This document shows positions 1 through 8,423 of a stretch of DNA of 55,735 nt, piece after piece. Within the stretch, counting starts at the first letter, position 1. Each line of letters begins with the position of its first letter. The translations under genes and the position numbers were made by a program. Origin of the DNA: an uncultured bacterium (GTDB taxonomy: Bacteria; Deinococcota; Deinococci; Deinococcales; Trueperaceae); contig CAZMFX010000001.1 in assembly GCA_964565625.1 (NCBI GenBank), positions 3,058 through 58,792 of the forward strand, read 5' to 3'. Below the pieces are notes generated by a model. The model made no database searches. It had not been told where the DNA came from and saw nothing but the letters and a program-made list of their open reading frames with translations.

Positions 1-467
1 ACCCGCTCGCCAAGTCCCTCGTTGAACGTCCACTGTGCCGCCACCCTGCCCTGGAACTGGTCCGTGTAGGGGATACGGAAGATGAAGTCACCGATCTGGG
101 TCGTAGCCGGGTTGGTGGAGCCCGTGCTGACCATGACCACGCCGGCGTCCTGGAGCACGCCTGCTGCCGGGATGCTCTGGCTTGACGCGTACGTGCCGAG
201 CACCGCGACGGCGCCCTCGTCGATGAACCGGTTGGCGCAGGCGACCGAGCCTTCCGGCGTGCTGGCGTTGTCGCAGATCGACAACTGGATGGGTCTGTCG
301 AGGGCGGAGTCCTGCTCCATGTGCGCGACCTGAATGCCGTTCAAGGTGTCGTTACCCGTTACGGTCATGCGCCCAGAGAGTTCGAGGTTTACCCCGATGA
401 TGATTGGATCCTGGGCCATCGCGACGCCCAGGACCGCGACGACCAACACGAAAGCTAGCCTTCTCAT
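1..467 (-). CDS. Branched-chain amino acid-type ABC transporter substrate-binding protein (N-terminal ~155 codons; 3' end lies beyond the window)
   Basis: Not in the ORF track because it runs off the window edge. My translation of the minus strand from ATG 467-465 gives MRRLAFVLVVAVLGVAMAQDPIIIGVNLELSGRMTVTGNDTLNGIQVAHMEQDSALDRPIQLSICDNASTPEGSVACANRFIDEGAVAVLGTYASSQS... This is a signal peptide followed by a Leu/Ile/Val-binding-protein-like N-terminus, the same pattern as the SBP at 14971..16161. GGGAGGAA SD at 471-478. Confidence 0.8.
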   Translation of the reverse strand, partial: MRRLAFVLVVAVLGVAMAQDPIIIGVNLELSGRMTVTGNDTLNGIQVAHMEQDSALDRPIQLSICDNASTPEGSVACANRFIDEGAVAVLGTYASSQSIPAAGVLQDAGVVMVSTGSTNPATTQIGDFIFRIPYTDQFQGRVAAQWTFNEGLGER

Positions 468-652
468 ACGTTCCTCCCAACGTGAAGCATGGCTTTACGT
501 AGTCCTCACCGCAGCGCGACGTGCGCCGTGGCTGGTGCCGATTTGCCGTTGCCGACGCGACAATGATAGGCGCGGCCCCAGTGAGTGTCAACGAAAGGAA
601 CCTCACGCCGGCCTTCACACACGACTGGCTATATTCCTGGCCGGAGGTTCAC

Positions 653-1720
653 ATGCCAACGTCACGTACCGCGCTATCACTGGGCATCCTCATCGTCGCG
701 GCCGCCCTCGCGGCCTGCACCGGACCGCAGCAGCCGACGAAGACCGCTGCCCAGACGCAAGAGAGCCTGGATTCGCTCCAAGCTCAGGCGCAGACCCTTC
801 TCACCGACCCGGGTGTCTCCAACCTGTCGGGCCTCCTGAGCGGCTTCGACCCCAACGGCATGCCGACGCCTGGCGAACAGCTGCCGAGGGGCGTGTACGT
901 CTACGATCCCGTCGCCTTCGAGTGGAACAAGAGCTTGGACTCCGACGACCTGGAGCTCAACTGGGAAGTCGAAGGCGCCGGCGACGACGCGAAGCTCGTC
1001 TTCGACTGGAACGCCAACGCAGAGACGGTCGATGTCGAGCTGCCAGGCGGCGGCGGAACGTACGAGGTACCGCAGGGGGCGAACGTTCTTCTGACGCTGA
1101 ACGGCAGCTTGGTCGCCGACTTCGATCAGAGCGCCACCTGGCCGGTGAACGCCTGTGGCACGGTGACCGAGCCGGGCACCTTCTACGTGAACGGCACGGT
1201 CGACAACGGCGGCGCGAAGCTGAACGTGACCCAGACTGGCGTCTCCTTCACCTCGACCGCCGGCGGCCTGAACGCTCAGACGCAAGGCGACCTGGAGCTG
1301 ACTGCCGATGCAGGCACCGCCTGGTTGCGGTGGGATGCGGGCTTGAACGTCAGCGGCACCCGTGACGAAGACTGCGTGTTCGTGCCGGACGACATCGAGT
1401 CCGGCAACGTCTCGCTGGACGTTGGCGTGCAGACCGGCTCGGACGACGCCAGCATCGGCTTCGCTACGAACTTCGAGTTCCTCTCCCCCACCTCTCCGAG
1501 CGGCTCGTCCGGCATCCGTCTGACGGGCGGCCGGCTGACGGTCGACGGGGCGTTGGCCGTCACGTGGACCGGCGTCCTCGACGACGCGGGCGGAGACGGC
1601 GTCTTAGGCGAGAACCTGACGCTCACGTTCTCGGATGGCACCATGTCGCTCGAGGACTTCATCACGGAGCATCTCTCGGCGACGGCATTCGCGGCGCGGG
1701 TGGCGAGAACCCTTCGCTGA
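653..1720 (+). CDS. Hypothetical secreted lipoprotein
   Basis: ORF 521..1720 trimmed to ATG 653, which is preceded by GGAGG (643-647). The N-terminus MPTSRTALSLGILIVAAALAAC is a signal peptide plus lipobox Cys. The mature part is Gly/Thr/Asp/Asn-rich and looks beta-rich. No family recognised. Confidence 0.7.
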   Translation: MPTSRTALSLGILIVAAALAACTGPQQPTKTAAQTQESLDSLQAQAQTLLTDPGVSNLSGLLSGFDPNGMPTPGEQLPRGVYVYDPVAFEWNKSLDSDDLELNWEVEGAGDDAKLVFDWNANAETVDVELPGGGGTYEVPQGANVLLTLNGSLVADFDQSATWPVNACGTVTEPGTFYVNGTVDNGGAKLNVTQTGVSFTSTAGGLNAQTQGDLELTADAGTAWLRWDAGLNVSGTRDEDCVFVPDDIESGNVSLDVGVQTGSDDASIGFATNFEFLSPTSPSGSSGIRLTGGRLTVDGALAVTWTGVLDDAGGDGVLGENLTLTFSDGTMSLEDFITEHLSATAFAARVARTLR

Positions 1721-1758
1721 AATTGCACTAGCCGTACATGACAGCCACGCGCTGGGCC

Positions 1759-2646
1759 CTAGTCGTCCCTAGGGTCCAGCGCGTCGCGTAGGCCGTCGCC
1801 GAAGAGGTTGAACGCGAGCACGGTGAAGAAGATCGACAGGCCGGGGTATATGGCCATCCACGGCGCCTGCACGAGGAAGTTCTTTGCGGTGTTCAGCATG
1901 CCGCCCCAGCTGGGCGTCGGCGGTTGGACGCCAAGGCCGAGGAAGGACAGCGCCGACTCCGCGATCACGGCCTGCGCGATGGTAAGCGAGGCCTGGACCA
2001 GTAGAGGCGCGAAGCTGTTCGGCAGCACGTGCCGAGCGATAACGCGTGCGCTCGTTGCGCCGAGCGCCCGCGCGGCGAGGACGTACTCTTCCGCCCCTAC
2101 GGCGAGGACCTGGGCGCGCGTCAGCCGGATGAAGGTCGGCGTCGTGGCGATGCCGATGGCGATCATCGCGTTCGTGAGGCTGGGTCCCAGCGCCGCTGCC
2201 ATCGCGATGGCGAGGATCAGGAACGGGAACGACAACACCGCGTCGGTGAGTCGCATGACCACCTCGTCGATCGCACCTCGGAAGTAGCCGGAGACCAGCC
2301 CCAGCGGGACTCCCAGGCCGGTGGCGATCAGCACGGAGACGACGCCGGCCAGCAGGCTGGCACGCGCGCCGTAGATCGTGCGTGACAGGACGTCCCTGCC
2401 TATCTCGTCGGTCCCGAACCGGTACTCGGGCCCGGGCGCCTGCCTGACGGCCGTGAAGTCGGGCTTGGCCGGGTCGTACGGCGCCAGGGCGGGAGCGAGA
2501 AGCGCGACGACGACGAAGAGCAGCACGACGAGCCCGCCGATGATCGCCGGGGGACGCTTGAGGAGCCTGGAGAGCGGGCGGCTAAGCGGCCCTTCATGGG
2601 CCGCCGCGGGCTCGCTGGTCCTCTCGGCGGGCACGGCCACCCTCAC
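1759..2646 (-). CDS. Peptide/nickel (Dpp/Opp-type) ABC transporter permease, DppC/OppC-like
   Basis: 295-aa polytopic protein with a typical OppC-like N-terminal TM (IIGGLVVLLFVVVALLAPALAPYDP) and a BPD-transporter core (TDEIGRDVLSRTIYGARASL). Its GTG start overlaps the upstream stop (GTGA). Confidence 0.9.
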   Translation of the reverse strand: MRVAVPAERTSEPAAAHEGPLSRPLSRLLKRPPAIIGGLVVLLFVVVALLAPALAPYDPAKPDFTAVRQAPGPEYRFGTDEIGRDVLSRTIYGARASLLAGVVSVLIATGLGVPLGLVSGYFRGAIDEVVMRLTDAVLSFPFLILAIAMAAALGPSLTNAMIAIGIATTPTFIRLTRAQVLAVGAEEYVLAARALGATSARVIARHVLPNSFAPLLVQASLTIAQAVIAESALSFLGLGVQPPTPSWGGMLNTAKNFLVQAPWMAIYPGLSIFFTVLAFNLFGDGLRDALDPRDD

Positions 2647-3587
2647 TTGGCGCCGATCCGTGGGTCGAGCACGGCGTACGCGAGGTCGACGAGCAGGTTG
2701 ATGAGTATGTACGAGGTGGCCGTGATGAGCACGACACCCTGAACCACTGCGTAGTCACGGTTGAAGACTGCGTCCACGATCAGCTTCCCGAACCCTGGGA
2801 TAGTGAACACCTGCTCGGTCAGGACGGCGCCTGAGAGCAACGCGCCCAGCTGCAGCCCGAGGATCGTCGTGACGGGTATCAGGGCGTTGCGCGCGGCGTG
2901 CTTCACGACGACGGCCGCACCGCGTTGACCCTTGGCGTGCGCCGTCCTTACGAAGTCCTGTTTCAACACGCCGAGCATCGATGAGCGCATCTGACGCATG
3001 AGCACGGCCGCGAGGCCCGTCCCGAGCACGAACGCTGGCATGATCATGCGCTTGAGGTTCTCCCCAACGCCCTCGGAGAGCGGCACGTAGCCGGACGCCG
3101 GCAGCCAGCCGAGCCGCACCGACACGAAGAGGATCAGCATGATGCCGAGCCAGAAGTTGGGAACGGACAGCCCGGTCAGGGCTGCGATGGTCCCACCGTA
3201 GTCGACAGCGCTGCCGCGCCGCACCGCGGTCAGTATGCCGATGGGGACCGCGATGAGCACCGCGACGAGCAGCGACAGCACGGCCAGCTCTACCGTCACG
3301 GGCAGCTTGGCGGCGATCAGGTCGAGCACGCGCTCGTTGGTGCGCAGCGACCGGCCGAGGTCGCCGCGCGCCAACTGGGCCACCCAGGCGACGTACTGCA
3401 CGGGCAGCGGCTCATCGAGGCGGTACTTCTGCCTTATGAAGGCGATCACCGCCGGATCCTGCTGTTCGCCCGCGAGTATCAGCGCGGGATCGCCGGGCAG
3501 CGAGCGCTGTATGCCGAACACCATCACCGTGACGAGGAAGAGCGTTGGTATGGCGGTCAGCGCTCGCCGTCCGACGTATGGGAGCAC
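2643..3587 (-). CDS. Peptide/nickel (Dpp/Opp-type) ABC transporter permease, DppB/OppB-like
   Basis: 314 aa. MLPYVGRRALTAIPTLFLVTVMVFGIQRSLPGDP is the canonical DppB/OppB N-terminus. Sits 20 nt downstream of the SBP gene. Confidence 0.9.
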   Translation of the reverse strand: MLPYVGRRALTAIPTLFLVTVMVFGIQRSLPGDPALILAGEQQDPAVIAFIRQKYRLDEPLPVQYVAWVAQLARGDLGRSLRTNERVLDLIAAKLPVTVELAVLSLLVAVLIAVPIGILTAVRRGSAVDYGGTIAALTGLSVPNFWLGIMLILFVSVRLGWLPASGYVPLSEGVGENLKRMIMPAFVLGTGLAAVLMRQMRSSMLGVLKQDFVRTAHAKGQRGAAVVVKHAARNALIPVTTILGLQLGALLSGAVLTEQVFTIPGFGKLIVDAVFNRDYAVVQGVVLITATSYILINLLVDLAYAVLDPRIGAK

Positions 3588-3607
3588 CTGTCCTCCTCAG
3601 TGGCGCC

Positions 3608-5119
3608 CTACTGGAGGCTCACCCCCTGGAGCCTTATCAGCCCGTCAGGGTACGCCTGGAAGCCCTGAAGGTCGGCCGTATGCGGGAAGAAGAGCTGCGT
3701 GTGATACAGGTAGATGATGTGCCTGTCCGGCAGGTAGATTTCGAGCGCCTGCCTGTAGAGATCGTAGCGATCCTCGGTGGAGCCCGCGGCTCTCGCCTCG
3801 TTCAGCAGCCTGTCTACCTCGGGATCGCAGTAGCCTGACTCGTTAAGCGCCCCGTCACACGTGTGGAACTGGTGGATGTTGCCGTCGGGGTCTATGCGAC
3901 CGGACCATCCGACCGGGAACGCCGCGTACTGTCCCTGCTCCTGGAGGTCGAGGGCCGTTGCGAACTCGGTGGCGCGCAGCGTTATGTCGAACCCCACCTC
4001 GCCGGCCAGCGCCTGTATCACCTCGCCGACGCGCACTGCCTCAGGGTTGTTCGCGACCATCAGCTCGACGCTGACACGGTCGACGCCGGCCTCGTCGAGG
4101 AGCGCCCGTGCCCGCTCGACGTCGCGCTCCGGCACCGGCATCTCGGCCACGTACCAGGGGCTCGAGGGAGGCACCGGCTGGTTCCCGACGATGAACTCGC
4201 CGCCGAACACGACATCGTTGATGGTGTTGCGGTCTATCGCGAGCTCGAAAGCCTCGCGTACGCGGACGTCGCTTGACAGGGGATCGTCCCGTGGCTCCGG
4301 GTTGCTGAGGTTTATGGTCACGCCCTGGTAACCGAGGCTGGGCCCCGAAGGCACGACGAGGTTGGTGTCCGACCGCATGACGCCGAGGTCGGTTGGTGCC
4401 GGCCTCTCGATGAGCTGGAGATCGCCAGACTGCAGGTTCGCAAGCCTCACGCTGCTGTCTGGGATGGGCAGGAAGACGACCTGGTCGACCATTATCGCGT
4501 CGGCGTCCCAGTAGTCCTCGAAGCGCTCGAGGACGATGCGGTCCTGAGCCACTCGCTCGACGAAGCGGAACGGCCCGGCGCAGACGGGCGCGTTGCCGAA
4601 GTCCTCGCCGGCAGCCTCGGCAGCGGTCGGAGAGACGATCATGCCCGCCCTGTCCGCCAGCTGCGCGATGAGCGGCGAGAACGGCGTGCTGAGGTGGAGC
4701 TCGACGGTGTCGGCGTCGACCACGCTCACGGAGTCGAGCTGCTCGAGCTCGCTCGCGCGGTTCGAGCCAGGCAGGTTCTTGGCCCGGTCGAGGCTGTACC
4801 TCACGGCCTCTGCGTCCATCGCCGTGCCGTCGTGGAAGAGCACACCCTGACGCAGGTCGATGGTGACGGTAAGCCCGTCGTCAGAGACGGTGTACCCGGT
4901 CGCCAGCTGCGGCACGACGTTGGCCGACGTGTCTATGTCGAAGAGCTTGTCGCAGAGGCTGGCGAAGACGATCCGGCCAACGTACGTGCGGGCCAGCGCC
5001 GGGTCGAGGACGTCGGGGTCCTCGGCCAGGCCGATGCGAAGCGTCGTCTGTGCGAACGCGGCGGACAGAAGTGCCACCGCCGCTAGAATCGCGACCGAAC
5101 GTCGTACGTACCTACCCAT
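3608..5119 (-). CDS. ABC transporter substrate-binding protein, family 5 (peptide/glutathione/nickel type)
   Basis: ORF 3608..5212 trimmed to ATG 5119 (GGGAGGGG SD just upstream). Signal peptide MGRYVRRSVAILAAVALLSAAFAQ. Family-5 SBP pattern (TLRIGLAEDPDVLDPALARTYVGRIVF..LCDKLFD). Confidence 0.9.
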   Translation of the reverse strand: MGRYVRRSVAILAAVALLSAAFAQTTLRIGLAEDPDVLDPALARTYVGRIVFASLCDKLFDIDTSANVVPQLATGYTVSDDGLTVTIDLRQGVLFHDGTAMDAEAVRYSLDRAKNLPGSNRASELEQLDSVSVVDADTVELHLSTPFSPLIAQLADRAGMIVSPTAAEAAGEDFGNAPVCAGPFRFVERVAQDRIVLERFEDYWDADAIMVDQVVFLPIPDSSVRLANLQSGDLQLIERPAPTDLGVMRSDTNLVVPSGPSLGYQGVTINLSNPEPRDDPLSSDVRVREAFELAIDRNTINDVVFGGEFIVGNQPVPPSSPWYVAEMPVPERDVERARALLDEAGVDRVSVELMVANNPEAVRVGEVIQALAGEVGFDITLRATEFATALDLQEQGQYAAFPVGWSGRIDPDGNIHQFHTCDGALNESGYCDPEVDRLLNEARAAGSTEDRYDLYRQALEIYLPDRHIIYLYHTQLFFPHTADLQGFQAYPDGLIRLQGVSLQ

Positions 5120-5240
5120 ATGCCCCTCCCGGCGCGGGCCGGCCACGCGGCGCATGCGAAGTCCGCTGGTGCCCGTACTTGTCCTTCGCGCGAAGAGTAG
5201 TACGTGTGGCAACGCATGGTCAACGTTCTGAGAGCACAGG

Positions 5241-5257
5241 TTTGCGCGATGCGCAAA
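5241..5257. promoter_or_regulatory. Perfect inverted repeat TTTGCGC-GAT-GCGCAAA (operator-like) in the divergent SBP/lrp intergenic region
   Basis: Read directly at 5241-5257: 7-bp arms with a 3-bp spacer. It overlaps the -35 position of a TATGCT -10-like hexamer (5274-5279) upstream of the lrp TTG start. Confidence 0.35.
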
Positions 5258-5365
5258 ACGGATGAGACCGCAGTATGCTCACGACCAGTGGAGATCGAGA
5301 AGCTCGGGGGCCGGCCCTTGCGTGGTCGCTGGCAACACCCTCGTGCGTGGGACCGGAGGCACGAC

Positions 5366-5842
5366 TTGCGCATAGACGACCTTGACAAGAGCATCATCGT
5401 TGCCCTCGAGCTGGACGGGCGCCGACCGTACCGGGACATCGCGCGCGATCTCAACGTCGCCGAGGCGACCATAAGGTCGCGTGTCGGCCGCCTGTCGGAG
5501 TCCGGCCTCATCCGGATAACAGCTGTCGGAGACCCGTTGACGCTCGGGGTGAACACGACGGCGATAACCCTGATCCGCACGCGGCCCGGGACCGTCCACC
5601 AGGTCGCCGACGCGCTGGCGCAGCTTCCCAACGTCAGGTTCGTAGGCGTCTCGCTCGGGTCGGCCGACATAGTCATCCAGAGCCTGCACCGCGACATACG
5701 CGCGCTCCACGACTTCGTGGCCACAGAGTTGCCGCGCGTCGCACCCGACATCGTCAGCACCGAGACCCTGCAACTGGCGGACGTCCTCAAGAGCTCGTGG
5801 GAGTGGCGCGCGTGGTTCGAGGAGGCGAGCGGTCGTGAGTGA
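5366..5842 (+). CDS. Lrp/AsnC family transcriptional regulator
   Basis: ORF 5204..5842 trimmed to TTG 5366, with GGAGG at 5355-5359 (6-nt spacing). This gives a 158-aa protein of typical AsnC size. HTH: LDKSIIVALELDGRRPYRDIARDLNVAEATIRSRVGRLSESGLI. C-terminal RAM/AsnC_trans_reg-like domain. Confidence 0.85.
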   Translation: MRIDDLDKSIIVALELDGRRPYRDIARDLNVAEATIRSRVGRLSESGLIRITAVGDPLTLGVNTTAITLIRTRPGTVHQVADALAQLPNVRFVGVSLGSADIVIQSLHRDIRALHDFVATELPRVAPDIVSTETLQLADVLKSSWEWRAWFEEASGRE

Positions 5843-7442
5843 TGGCCGCTACAGGCCGAGATGGGACCTGCCGTACCCGTCAGCCAGACAGCCCGTCATG
5901 GCAGACGACGTCGTCGCGACCTCCCAACCGCTTGCCGCCCAGGCCGGGCTCGAGATGCTGCGCACAGGGGGCAACGCCGTGGACGCCGCCATCGCCACGG
6001 CGGCCGCCTTGGTCGTCGTGGAGCCGACAGGCAACGGGCTGGGATCCGACGCGTTCGTCATCGTCTGGGACGGGCAGCGCATCCACGGCCTCAACGCGTC
6101 CGGGCGCTCGCCTGCCGGGCTCGTCCCGGAGCGCTACTACGGCGGCGGCGAGGTGCCGCGGGTCGGCTGGGATGCCGTCATGGTTCCGGGCGCCGTGTCC
6201 GGCTGGCGCGCGCTCTCTTCCCGCTTCGGCCGCCTGCCCTTCGCACGTCTGCTCGAGCCTGCCGTTCGTTACGCCGAGGACGGGTTCCTCGTCTCCCCAG
6301 GCATCGCATCGCAGTGGGCGCGAGCGGCCTCGGCCCTCGGCGTACGTGCCGACTTCGCGGAGGCTTTCGTCGCGGGCGGCGCGGCGCCAGCGGCCGGCAG
6401 CAGGTGGCGCTCTGCCGAGCTGGCGCGGTCGCTGAAGCTCATCGCCGAAACGGGCGGAGACTCCCTCTACACTGGCGAGCTGGCGGAAGCGCTGGTGGCG
6501 CACGCGCGGGCCGAGGGCGCCGCGATGCGCGAGGCCGACCTGGCGGAGCACCGGTCGGAGTGGGTCGACACGATCGAGGCGAGCCACGGCGGCTTCGAAC
6601 TGCACGAGCTCCCGCCCAACGGGCAGGGCATCGCAGCGCTTCAGGCACTGAGGCTCGCGCAGTTGGCGGGCATAGACGAGACGGCCGTAGACAGCGCGGA
6701 CTGGTTCCACCTTCAGGTGGAGGCGATGAAGCTCGCCTTCGCGGACGCGCACCGCCACGTAGCGGATCCAAGGTACATGGACGTCTCGCCGGCCGACCTG
6801 CTGGACGACGCCTACCTGCGAGAGCGCGCTCGCCTGATAGACGCGAGGTCGGCAGGCGATCCCGGTCACGGCACACCCCGCCCCGGCGGCACCGTCTTCC
6901 TGTGCACCGCGGACTCGAACGGGATGATCGTGTCGTTCATCCAGTCCAACTACAGGGGCTTCGGCTCGGGGGTCGTTGTGCCAGGCACTGGCATCGCTCT
7001 CAACAACCGGGGTAACGGCTTCTCGACCGAGCGTGGGCACCCCAACGTCGTCGCCCCGGGTAAGCGCCCGTTCAACACGATCATCCCTGCCATGCTCACC
7101 GCGGGCGGGGAGGCGATAGCTGCTCTGGGAGTCATGGGCGGGCCGATGCAGCCCCAGGGTCACCTCCAGCTTGCTCTGCGGATGATCCAGGGCGGGCAGA
7201 ACCCGCAGGCGGCCAGCGACGCCCCGCGCTGGCAGGTTACGGGGGGCCTGGGGCTGTCGCTCGAACACGGCTTCCCGCCGGCGCTCGCCTCGGAGCTCGC
7301 CTCGCGCGGCCACGACGTGCGCATCGCTGAGCCGAGCGAGTCGCTGAGCTTCGGCGGCGCACAAGTCATAGCCCGCCTGCCGGGCGGCGGGTACGTGGCA
7401 GGCAGCGACCATCGCAAGGACGGCCAGGCTGCGGGCTTCTGA
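5835..7442 (+). CDS. ggt: Gamma-glutamyltransferase family protein (no signal peptide)
   Basis: 535 aa. Motifs: ATSQPLAAQAGLEMLRTGGNAVDAAIA, autoprocessing-site-like PGGTVFLCTAD, RPFNTIIPAM, GVMGGPMQPQGH. The GTG start overlaps the lrp stop by 8 nt. An alternative ATG lies at 5898. Confidence 0.9.
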   Translation: MSDGRYRPRWDLPYPSARQPVMADDVVATSQPLAAQAGLEMLRTGGNAVDAAIATAAALVVVEPTGNGLGSDAFVIVWDGQRIHGLNASGRSPAGLVPERYYGGGEVPRVGWDAVMVPGAVSGWRALSSRFGRLPFARLLEPAVRYAEDGFLVSPGIASQWARAASALGVRADFAEAFVAGGAAPAAGSRWRSAELARSLKLIAETGGDSLYTGELAEALVAHARAEGAAMREADLAEHRSEWVDTIEASHGGFELHELPPNGQGIAALQALRLAQLAGIDETAVDSADWFHLQVEAMKLAFADAHRHVADPRYMDVSPADLLDDAYLRERARLIDARSAGDPGHGTPRPGGTVFLCTADSNGMIVSFIQSNYRGFGSGVVVPGTGIALNNRGNGFSTERGHPNVVAPGKRPFNTIIPAMLTAGGEAIAALGVMGGPMQPQGHLQLALRMIQGGQNPQAASDAPRWQVTGGLGLSLEHGFPPALASELASRGHDVRIAEPSESLSFGGAQVIARLPGGGYVAGSDHRKDGQAAGF

Positions 7443-7517
7443 CGTATAACTGAAGTGTCAAGTCAACTCGGCCGTCACGGGGGTGGGGATCGGTGGACCC
7501 CCGGGAGAGGAGTCCCG

Positions 7518-8423
7518 ATGTACCTGGTATTTGGGGCAACCGGAACGCTCGGAGGACAGATAGCCAAGAAGCTGCTGGCTGCGGGTGAGCCTGTCAGGGT
7601 AGCCGTGCGGGAGGAGTCGCCGGCCCGCGTTGGGAACCCGCACACCGACCCCGATGAGCTGCGTGATCTGGGCGCCGAGGTCGTGCACGCTGACCTGCGC
7701 CACCCGGAGAGCCTGACCGCTGCCCTCGCGGGCGTCGACGTCGTCGTGAGCACGGCCTCCGGCACCAAGCGTATGCCGCCGGACACGACAGAGGCGGTAG
7801 ACAACGTCGGCACGGCCAACCTGGCGCGGGCAGCGGCTGGTGCGGGCGTGCGCCGCATCGTGCTCGTCTCTGCGGCTGGCGCATCCCCCGAGGCGCCGGA
7901 AGGCCTGTTCCGTGACAAGGGTCTGGGCGCCAAGGCCGTGGCGGAGAGCGGGGTACCGCACGTGATCGTCAGGCCAGGGCGCTACATGGGCGACTGGATC
8001 GGTTTCCTCGTCGGGACGCAGGTCCAGTCGGGCGACGTCGTCGAGCTGGTGGGAGACGGCTCGAAGGGCTCGTCCTTCGTACACGAGCCGGATGTGGCCG
8101 AGATCGTCTTCCATATCGCCCGTGACGCGGAGCGCGAATCCGGCGAGGTCGAGGTCGCGACCGAGACCGGCACGTACCCCGAGATAGTCGAGCGCTTCGC
8201 GCGCGCGACAGGGCGTGGCCTCGAGACGAGGTACGTACCCGTCGGGTCGAAGCTCACGACGCTGCCGGCGCCGCTAGTAGACGTCGTCACCAACCTGCTG
8301 ACGATCCACGCCGTCGCCCCTGCGTACCTGAACGTCGACCGCAGCGAGGCGGAGCGTTACGGCGTGCACCTGACCGGAATAGACGCCTTCGTCACGCAGA
8401 TGGCGCGGCCCCAACCGGCCTGA
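7518..8423 (+). CDS. NmrA-like / atypical SDR NAD(P)-binding protein
   Basis: ORF trimmed to ATG 7518 (GGGAGAGGAG upstream). The N-terminus [20 protein letters not shown] is a Rossmann GxxGxxG motif. Confidence 0.8.
   Translation: MYLVFGATGTLGGQIAKKLLAAGEPVRVAVREESPARVGNPHTDPDELRDLGAEVVHADLRHPESLTAALAGVDVVVSTASGTKRMPPDTTEAVDNVGTANLARAAAGAGVRRIVLVSAAGASPEAPEGLFRDKGLGAKAVAESGVPHVIVRPGRYMGDWIGFLVGTQVQSGDVVELVGDGSKGSSFVHEPDVAEIVFHIARDAERESGEVEVATETGTYPEIVERFARATGRGLETRYVPVGSKLTTLPAPLVDVVTNLLTIHAVAPAYLNVDRSEAERYGVHLTGIDAFVTQMARPQPA

Noticed and set aside
5880-7412. A 510-aa ORF on the minus strand, antisense to ggt. Similar long antisense or alternative-frame ORFs include 9292..10773, 11258..12805, 13281..14681, 15187..16770, 16986..18200, 18944..20773, 20985..21971, 22113..23093, 39635..40987, 44668..45849 and 53753..54931.
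   Set aside because: Their translations are Arg/Pro/Gly/Ala-rich low-complexity strings with no recognisable motifs or SDs. Each lies opposite a gene with clear family signatures. Long stop-free antisense frames are expected in high-GC DNA.
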